Positions 49,941 through 64,000 of a stretch of DNA of 64,000 nucleotides are shown one piece after another. The position numbers and the translations under genes are program-made. Source of the DNA: an uncultured Candidatus Binatia bacterium (GTDB taxonomy: Bacteria; Desulfobacterota; Binatia; UBA9968; JAJDTQ01). Below the pieces are notes generated by a model that was not told the DNA's origin, did not search any database, and saw only the letters and a program-made list of their open reading frames with translations. The stretch covers positions 1,600,001 through 1,664,000 of the forward strand of contig OZ243916.1 of the NCBI GenBank assembly GCA_965213675.1, given 5' to 3'. Each line of letters begins with the position of its first letter. Position 1 is the first letter of the stretch.

Positions 49941-50059
49941 GCGGCTCCGCCTGGAGGGGCCACCGAATCGGCGGCAGCCCCGGGGATCTTCAGAAGTGCG
50001 GCGCTCCCGGCGGCAGCCCAGCCGCGCGCGGCGCGGCGCGATGGAAACGAGGTGAAACC

Positions 50060-51055
50060 ATGCTCCGAAGAACAGCGACCGCCTGGCTCGTCGCCAGCGC
50101 CCTCACTGCGCTGGCCGCCACCGCGGCGGCTCAACCCCTCGGCTATCAGGCGGTGCCCCGGGACGCGTTTCCGGTGTTCGACTACCCGAAGATGCTGAGC
50201 GCCGCGGAAGCGGAGAAACAGGAGGTTATCTTCGACCGCGACGTCGTCATCGGCGTGGCCCACAACGGCGAGGCCAAGGCCTACCCCATCACCATCATGG
50301 GGGTCCACGAATTGGGCAACGACACCATTGGAGGGGTGCCCATCGCGGTCTCCTGGTGACCGCTTTGCCAAACGTCTATCGTGTATAGACGCAAACTGAA
50401 CGACCGAGTGCTGAGCTTCGGCCACGCGGGCATTCTCTACGAGAACTCGTTCATCATGTACGACCGCGAAACCGAGTCGCTGTGGGTTCACGTCACCGGC
50501 GAGGCCGCGCACGGCGCGCTCAAGGGCCAGAGGCTCGACTTCATGCCTTCCACCGTCACATCCTGGGCCAACTGGAAGAAGAGCTACCCGTTCACCCAGG
50601 TGCTGCCGGGCTACCGGCGCGGCGGCTTCATGGGAACCTATGTCGGCCCCTTTGAGAGCGACATCCTGGGTCTGGCGGTGCTGGTGAACCTCAAGGCCAA
50701 GCTCTACCCCTACGAGACCCTGGCGCGGCAAAACCTCGTCAACGACGAGTTCAACGGCGCCAGGGTGGTGGTGTACTATTCGCCGGACGACGCCACCGCC
50801 ACGGCGTGGCGGCGGGAACTCGACGGCCGCGCGTTGACGTTCGAGCCATCGGACCGCAAGGACGGCCAGGGGAGTGTGCTGCTGCGCGACCTGGAGACCG
50901 GGAGCCTGTGGTCGTGGCTCCGCGGCGAGGCCGTGGAGGGAGAACTCAAGGGGCGGAAGCTCCGGCAACTCCTGTACAACCCCATCCTCAACGACCGCTT
51001 CGTGGCGTTCTACCCGGGCGCGCCGATCTTCGACACGGCGAGCCAGAATCCTTGA
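50060..51055 (+). CDS. DUF3179-like secreted protein, probable selenoprotein (UPLC; UGA at 50357-50359)
   Basis: Signal peptide, AKAYP, HE..ND, VSW-TGA-PLC, then MYDRETESLW in the same frame. Confidence 0.88.
50364..50395 (+). promoter_or_regulatory. Putative bacterial SECIS hairpin
   Basis: CGTCTAT(50373-79)-CGTGT loop-ATAGACG(50385-91), plus a lower TTTG/CAAA stem. Confidence 0.7.
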
Positions 51056-51377
51056 TGAGTCCGATCTTGACCCCAATGGCCGGTCGCCCCTGCGGGAGGT
51101 CGTCCGATCACGATACTCGCGGCTCAGGCTCCGGGCCGGTCCCGAGCTTGCCGGAGGGATCAGGACCCACGGAAAGACAATCCGCGGAATCCTGAACCGG
51201 ACACCGTTCGTCCTGAGCGTAGCGAAGACGAAGGACGTGGAATCAAATCCGGCAGACTCCTAGCCGGCACCGGCAAATCGTTATATAAAGTCCGTGCAAC
51301 CGCGGGTCCCGTGCACGTCAAGCCGCGACGAAATCAGCGGCACGGTGACATGCCGGGCCACAGGGATTCCAAGACTC

Positions 51378-52472
51378 GTGAGCGCCACCAACGACTACAT
51401 CCGAGAAGCACGAGAGCAAAAGGGTCTGACCCTGGCTCAAGTGGCCGACGCGACGCGCATTCCACGTTACTACCTGGAGATTCTGGAAGGCGGCGGCAAC
51501 GAACAACTGGTGTCGGACCGGCTCTACCTGGTCCACTTTCTGCGCGAGTACGCCGCCTATCTGGAGATCGAGGTCGAGACGCTGGCGGCTCAGTTCGTGC
51601 GCGAGAACCGGGGCGTGGGAAACGTGACCGCCCCTCCCGAGACGGAGGCCCGTTCCACGAAAGGAATCACGGTCGCCGTCCTGGCTGTCCTGCTGCTGAT
51701 TGTCGCCGGCATCTACGTCTACGATCCGACGCTGGTGAATCCCGTCAACCTTACCCGCACGGTCAACCAACCCGGCGAGGAAGCACAGCCCGCCGCCCCG
51801 CCGGAAGTCGTCGAGACGCCATCGTTGCCGACCCCTGACGCCGCCCAAACGCCTCCGGTGAGCACAGAGCCGAGTTCGGTACTGCAACCCGAAGCCGACG
51901 AAACCGTGCCCGCCGATCCCATTCTGGCGGAGAGCCCGCCCGCAGCCGACTCGGAACCGCCGCCCGCCGCGGCCTCTGAGACCGCGGGCGCCAGCGAATC
52001 GGGCGCCACGGGCGTTGCGGAGGCGGAACCCCCGGCCGCGACGGACTCGGAGCCCGGCGTTGCGGAGACCGGCACCGCGCCCGGCGCGGTTTCTGAGTCG
52101 GCGGGCGTTACGGAGGCCGAGCCCGAGGCTCCCGAAACCGCGGAGGCCGAGCCGCCAACGACCGCGGCGGCGAGCGAAACGGAGCCGCCACAAACCGGCG
52201 GCGCCGAGGCCGCGGCAGCACACACCCTCACCATTGCGGCTGACTCCCGCTCCTGGATGCGGGTCTGGGTGGACGACCGACCGTCGCGCGACCTGTTGCT
52301 CAACGCCGGCCAGAGCGCCACGCTGTCCGCGGACACCGGATTCAGGATCACCTTCGGCAACGCCGGAGGCGTGCGCCTCACGCTCAACAACCAAGAACTC
52401 CCCGCCGTCGGCAGGTCCGGCGAGGTAGTGCGCAACTACGAACTGCCGCGCCCCGCGCAGGCAACGCCATGA
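51378..52472 (+). CDS. RodZ-like protein (HTH, TM, Pro/Ala/Glu-rich linker, DUF4115)
   Basis: [22 protein letters not shown], one TM segment, FGNAGGV. Start uncertain. Confidence 0.85.
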   Translation: MSATNDYIREAREQKGLTLAQVADATRIPRYYLEILEGGGNEQLVSDRLYLVHFLREYAAYLEIEVETLAAQFVRENRGVGNVTAPPETEARSTKGITVAVLAVLLLIVAGIYVYDPTLVNPVNLTRTVNQPGEEAQPAAPPEVVETPSLPTPDAAQTPPVSTEPSSVLQPEADETVPADPILAESPPAADSEPPPAAASETAGASESGATGVAEAEPPAATDSEPGVAETGTAPGAVSESAGVTEAEPEAPETAEAEPPTTAAASETEPPQTGGAEAAAAHTLTIAADSRSWMRVWVDDRPSRDLLLNAGQSATLSADTGFRITFGNAGGVRLTLNNQELPAVGRSGEVVRNYELPRPAQATP

Positions 52473-53497
52473 TCGATCTCCGTTCCGACACGGTCACGAC
52501 CCCGACACCCGACATGCTCAGGGTCATGACGGCGGCCGAGGTGGGGGACGACGTCTACAGCGAAGACCCCAGCATCAACCGGTTGGAAGAAGAGGTGGCG
52601 GGCATCCTGGGCAAGGAGGCCGCGGTGTTCACGCCATCCGGCTCCATGGCCAACCAGATCGCCATCCGGCTCCACACCCAGCCGGGCGACTCGGTGCTGT
52701 GCGAAGAAAGCGCGCACACCTTTGCCTACGAGGCCGGGGCCGGGGCGGCGCTCTCGGGGGTGCAGTTCGACCTCATCCCGTTCCGGGAGAAGCTGTCCGA
52801 CGCGGCCATCACGGACCGCTTCCGCGCGGACGGACTCCACGAGTCCCCATCCACCCTGATCCTCGTCGAGAACACCCACAACCGCGGGCGCGGGCGCGCC
52901 CTGGACTCCAGGGAGACACGGCGCATCGTGGCCACGGCGCGGGGGTTGGGACTCAAGACCCACTGCGACGGCGCCCGGCTGTGGAACGCCGCCGCCGCCA
53001 CCGGCGACTCCGAACGCGATCTGGCGGCAGGCTTCGACACGGTGGCGGTGTGCTTTTCCAAGGGGCTGGGCGCGCCCGTAGGTTCCGCCCTGGCCGGCAG
53101 CGGCGACGCCATCGCCCACGCGCGCAAGATCCGCAAGCGGCTGGGCGGCGGCATGCGCCAGGCCGGGTTCCTGGCCGCGGCCGCGTTGTACGGCGTTCGG
53201 CAGCATCGGCGGCGTCTGCCGGAAGACCACCGCCGCGCCGCGGCCCTCGCACGAGGCCTGGAAGAGCTCATGCATGATGGCAGACCCCTTGAGGTGGAGA
53301 TCCCCGACCCGCCCACGAACATGGTCTATTGGCGCGCCCCCGACGGCCCCGCCATGGTGGAGGCGCTACGCGGCAAGGGCGTACTCATGAACCATGTCGG
53401 CAACGGCTGGCTCCGCGCGGTCACCCACCTCCAGATCTCGGACGGCGACATCCACGACGCCCTCCTGCGAATCCGCGACGTGCTGCGCGGCGGCTAG
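52469..53497 (+). CDS. ltaE: Low-specificity L-threonine aldolase
   Basis: [43 protein letters not shown]. Confidence 0.92.
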   Translation: MIDLRSDTVTTPTPDMLRVMTAAEVGDDVYSEDPSINRLEEEVAGILGKEAAVFTPSGSMANQIAIRLHTQPGDSVLCEESAHTFAYEAGAGAALSGVQFDLIPFREKLSDAAITDRFRADGLHESPSTLILVENTHNRGRGRALDSRETRRIVATARGLGLKTHCDGARLWNAAAATGDSERDLAAGFDTVAVCFSKGLGAPVGSALAGSGDAIAHARKIRKRLGGGMRQAGFLAAAALYGVRQHRRRLPEDHRRAAALARGLEELMHDGRPLEVEIPDPPTNMVYWRAPDGPAMVEALRGKGVLMNHVGNGWLRAVTHLQISDGDIHDALLRIRDVLRGG

Positions 53498-53638
53498 TGT
53501 GGTGTCTGTCGAGCAATCGGCAAGGCACGGGCGTCCGTGTAGGAGCGACGGCCGGCCGCCCCTGCACGGACAGCCTCCTGGTGCTGTCGTCGGCGTCCCA
53601 AGCATCGCGTAGCCGAAGGATCCCCACTCGCGACCCCA

Positions 53639-54748
53639 ATGCGACCCGAAGACGCAAGATACGTCATCATCGGAGCCGGCTTTGCCGGGGCGGCCACGGC
53701 CTGCCATCTGGCTTGGCGCGGCGCGCGGCGGATGACCATCCTTGAGCAGGAAGCCGTGGCCGGGTTCCACTCGTCCGGCCGCAACGCCGGCTTCATCCGC
53801 CAAGTGCTCTCCGAGCCCTCCGTGGGGGACTTGGCGGCGCGATCCGCCGAGTTCATCCGCAACCCGCCGCCCGGCTGGCCCATTCCCGTCTCGTACGACG
53901 CCATCGGCTGCCTGATCCTGGGACGCGGCGCACAGTGGGAGGCCTTGGGTCGCGACGCGGAGCTGGCGCGCGGGCGCGGCCTCGAGGTGGAGTTGTGGTC
54001 CCCGGACAAGACCTTGGCGACCCTTCCGGTGATCGCGGGATGCGCCCTGGACGGCGCCGTATGGTGCCCTTCGGACGGTGTCATCGACATCAACGCGCTG
54101 CTGTCCGGGTATCTCAGGGTGGCCCAGGGAGCCGGAGCGGTGATCCGTTACGGCGAGACCGTGCGCGAGGTACACGTGCGCGGCGGGAGCGTACAGGGCG
54201 TCGCCACGGACCAGGGTTTCCTGGAAGCCGACGTGGTGGTGAACGCGGCCGGACCTTGGGTCGGGCCCGTAGGCGTCATGGCCGGAGCGGAACCCATCGC
54301 GTTCCATCCGCGCCGTCGGCATCTGTTCGTCACCCCGCCGCTGGACTGGGTGCAGCCCGGCGCGCCCTTCTGTCTCAACGTGTCGGACCAGATCTATTTC
54401 CAGCCCAACTCCGGCGGCCTCATGCTTTGCCCATGCGACGAGGAGGACCTGCCGCCCTGCGACCCGCCCACCGACGTCCGCGCCATGGAACTGCTGGCGG
54501 ACAAGTTGGCGGACGCCTACCCCCACTTCCCGGACGTTTCCATCGCGCGCCACTGGGCAGGACTCCGGACGTTCAGCGACGACAACCGCTTCGTCATCGG
54601 GTGGGACCCCAAGGTGGAGGGCTTCTTCTGGGTGGCGGGCCTCGCCGGACACGGCGTCACCACCAGCGCGGCGGTGGGCTCCCTGGCCGCCCGGGTGCTG
54701 TTCGGCGCCGACGAGGACCCGAATTTCTCGCCCGCGCGCTTCGGCTGA
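53639..54748 (+). CDS. FAD-dependent oxidoreductase (DAO/DadA family)
   Basis: IIGAGFAG, SSGRNAG, NAAGPW, WAGLR, GHG. Confidence 0.9.
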   Translation: MRPEDARYVIIGAGFAGAATACHLAWRGARRMTILEQEAVAGFHSSGRNAGFIRQVLSEPSVGDLAARSAEFIRNPPPGWPIPVSYDAIGCLILGRGAQWEALGRDAELARGRGLEVELWSPDKTLATLPVIAGCALDGAVWCPSDGVIDINALLSGYLRVAQGAGAVIRYGETVREVHVRGGSVQGVATDQGFLEADVVVNAAGPWVGPVGVMAGAEPIAFHPRRRHLFVTPPLDWVQPGAPFCLNVSDQIYFQPNSGGLMLCPCDEEDLPPCDPPTDVRAMELLADKLADAYPHFPDVSIARHWAGLRTFSDDNRFVIGWDPKVEGFFWVAGLAGHGVTTSAAVGSLAARVLFGADEDPNFSPARFG

Positions 54749-54793
54749 CACGCCGCCGTCCCCTGCCCTTCCGGCGCTCCAGCCGCCTCCGCG

Positions 54794-55399
54794 CTATCCG
54801 GATTCCCGCTTGACCAGGATCTCGTCGATGATGTGATATTCCAGGGCCATGGGCGCGGTCATGTACCGATCCCGTTGGGTGTCCCGTTCAACGGTCTCGA
54901 GAGTCTGCCCGGTGTGCTTCACGAGTATGTCGTTGACCTCCCGGCGTACCCTGAGCATTTCCCTGGCGTGGATGTCGATGTCCGCCGCCGACCCATGGTA
55001 ACCCCCCAAGGGCTGGTGGATCATGACTCGGGCGTGAGGTAGCGCGAACCGCTTCCCGGACCGCCCGGCGGCAAGCAGCAGGGCCCCCATGCTCGCCGCC
55101 TCGCCGACGCACACCGTGGCGACGTCCGGCCGGACGTACTGCATGGTATCGTAGATGGCCAGTCCCGCGGTCACCAGCCCGCCGGGCGAGTTGATGTAAA
55201 GGTAGATGTCCCGTTCGGAATCCTCGGATTCCAGGTACAGAAGCTGAGCCGCGATGGTGTTGGCCACCGGGTCATCGACCTCCCCCACCAGGAACACGAT
55301 GCGGTCTCGCAGCATCCGGGAAAAAAGGTCATAGGCGCGCTCGCCGCGGCCGCTCTCCTCCACCACTGTCGGTATCTCGATCTGGTTTCGCATCACCAC
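54794..55399 (-). CDS. clpP: ATP-dependent Clp protease proteolytic subunit
   Basis: [32 protein letters not shown]. Confidence 0.95.
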   Translation of the reverse strand: MVMRNQIEIPTVVEESGRGERAYDLFSRMLRDRIVFLVGEVDDPVANTIAAQLLYLESEDSERDIYLYINSPGGLVTAGLAIYDTMQYVRPDVATVCVGEAASMGALLLAAGRSGKRFALPHARVMIHQPLGGYHGSAADIDIHAREMLRVRREVNDILVKHTGQTLETVERDTQRDRYMTAPMALEYHIIDEILVKRESG

Positions 55400-55422
55400 G
55401 GGTGAAACATGCAGGGCAATCG

Positions 55423-56319
55423 TCAGGAATTCAAGAGGCCATGCCGGTCCAGGAACTCACGCATGATCTCGACGCAACTTTCCGGTTCTTCGAGCTGCAG
55501 AAAATGCGTCGTTTCGGGCACGAAATCGTAGTCCACGGTCAGGATATGACGCAGGTCCAGCGTCGGCAGGTAGGAAAACGGCAGAGTGGGATCGGCGCCG
55601 ATGACCTTGGTCGGGCAACGGAGCTTGTCGAGTTCCACCATCACCGCGAACGGCGCGGCGTATTGGATGATCTGTGCCTCGTATTCACGCGGACACCGGA
55701 GCTCGTATCCGTTCCCGTCCACCGACTCGCGGAGGGTCGTCCGCGCGACGAGATCGAACACGCCGGGAACGGCCCGTTGATATACTGGCAGATAGGGCAG
55801 GATCTCGGCAAACTGTTGCACGCTCTCGAACCGGGGTGTGCGGTGGCGGGCCATGCCCGCCACGCGGTCGGCGGCAGCATCGAATTCCGCGTAGTTCAGC
55901 CCGCGCTTGCACACGGGCGGATCGAACAGAACGCGAGCCGCGAACTCGCTGCCCAGGTTGGCCGACAGGAGTGTGGCCAAGGCGGCGACGGAATGGAAGA
56001 CCCCGATCTTGGGTTTGTTTCCGTAGTGGTGGTCGACCGCCTTGAGAATCCGGTCGTGGTCACTGACGAATCTCGCGAGGTTGTGACTCTGCGACTTGCC
56101 GACAGCATTCCAGCCGTGATTTCTGAGGTCATAGACGACCAGGTCGAAATCGTCGGCCAGCAGCGACCAGAAAGGGTAGTAGAGGTCGATGGCAAGCCCG
56201 TTGCCGTGGCTCAGGACCAGGCGCGGGCCGGCGGGGTTGCCGTGACGCCGCAGGACGATGACGGTGTCATCGTCCACGCGGACGTCACGGGTGGAAAGCG
56301 GCTCGGGTACCTCCCACAC
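55423..56319 (-). CDS. Alpha/beta hydrolase of sup-type PKS cluster
   Basis: HGNG, DLRNHG, GVFHS, THFLQLE; lies immediately downstream of the ACP. Confidence 0.85.
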   Translation of the reverse strand: MWEVPEPLSTRDVRVDDDTVIVLRRHGNPAGPRLVLSHGNGLAIDLYYPFWSLLADDFDLVVYDLRNHGWNAVGKSQSHNLARFVSDHDRILKAVDHHYGNKPKIGVFHSVAALATLLSANLGSEFAARVLFDPPVCKRGLNYAEFDAAADRVAGMARHRTPRFESVQQFAEILPYLPVYQRAVPGVFDLVARTTLRESVDGNGYELRCPREYEAQIIQYAAPFAVMVELDKLRCPTKVIGADPTLPFSYLPTLDLRHILTVDYDFVPETTHFLQLEEPESCVEIMREFLDRHGLLNS

Positions 56320-56335
56320 GGTTTCCCGAACGGCC

Positions 56336-56560
56336 TCACCCGGAGTGGGAATCGACGTAGGCGATCAGATCCCCGAAGGTGGTGAACTTCGCGATTTCTT
56401 CGGGAGGAATCGTAACGCCGAACTCCTCGCCCACCGCTTTGATGAAAGCTACCGCGTCCAGGGACGACACGCCCGAATCGGCGACGCTGGCCGCAGGATT
56501 CGCGGGGCGACCCAACTGTTCCTGAAAAAGCTGCTTGATGCGGTCTTCACTTGATGCCAC
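56336..56560 (-). CDS. Stand-alone acyl carrier protein (SupB-like)
   Basis: GVSSLD, EFGVTIP, TFGDLIAYV; RBS AAAGGAGA before GTG. Confidence 0.85.
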   Translation of the reverse strand: MASSEDRIKQLFQEQLGRPANPAASVADSGVSSLDAVAFIKAVGEEFGVTIPPEEIAKFTTFGDLIAYVDSHSG

Positions 56561-56686
56561 GGTGTTGTCTCCTTTCGTCAAAATCGAGTTGGCAGTAACC
56601 TATAACACACGGGTATGAAACTTCACCATCTGTCGGAGGCTTGGACTGCCAGCCCTCCGGGGATGGTGCGTCAATGAACCCGACCT

Positions 56687-64000
<7,314 letters not shown>

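Noticed and set aside
51770-52220. Repeats in the RodZ-like gene
   Set aside because: This is an ordinary low-complexity Pro/Ala/Glu linker.

Overview
GC-rich bacterial window, probably from a marine-sponge symbiont of Deltaproteobacteria/Binatia type. This is inferred from a sup-type PKS cluster, tandem Bug/TctC-like binding proteins and many amidohydrolases and CoA-transferases. Most of the window is catabolic or housekeeping genes. Two accessory regions interrupt it. The first (~13.3-20.5 kb) has three TA modules, two truncated restriction genes and a damaged tandem tyrosine-integrase pair. The second (~35.4-42 kb) has a DUF4143-type ATPase behind a 22-bp-period repeat array, lower-GC membrane/TerB-like genes and an AAA-PD-(D/E)XK protein. 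The main signals are: (i) two genes that the ORF track splits at an in-frame TGA at a catalytic Cys position, each followed by a SECIS-like hairpin (probable selenoproteins: a rhodanese and a DUF3179 protein); (ii) a 12-bp-core/10-bp-spacer array directly upstream of an ATPase whose nuclease motif appears mutated; (iii) a 12-bp tandem array in the leader of a ferredoxin-NADP reductase gene. No rRNA, tRNA or CRISPR array was recognised. All family assignments come from motif recognition by eye, not database searches.
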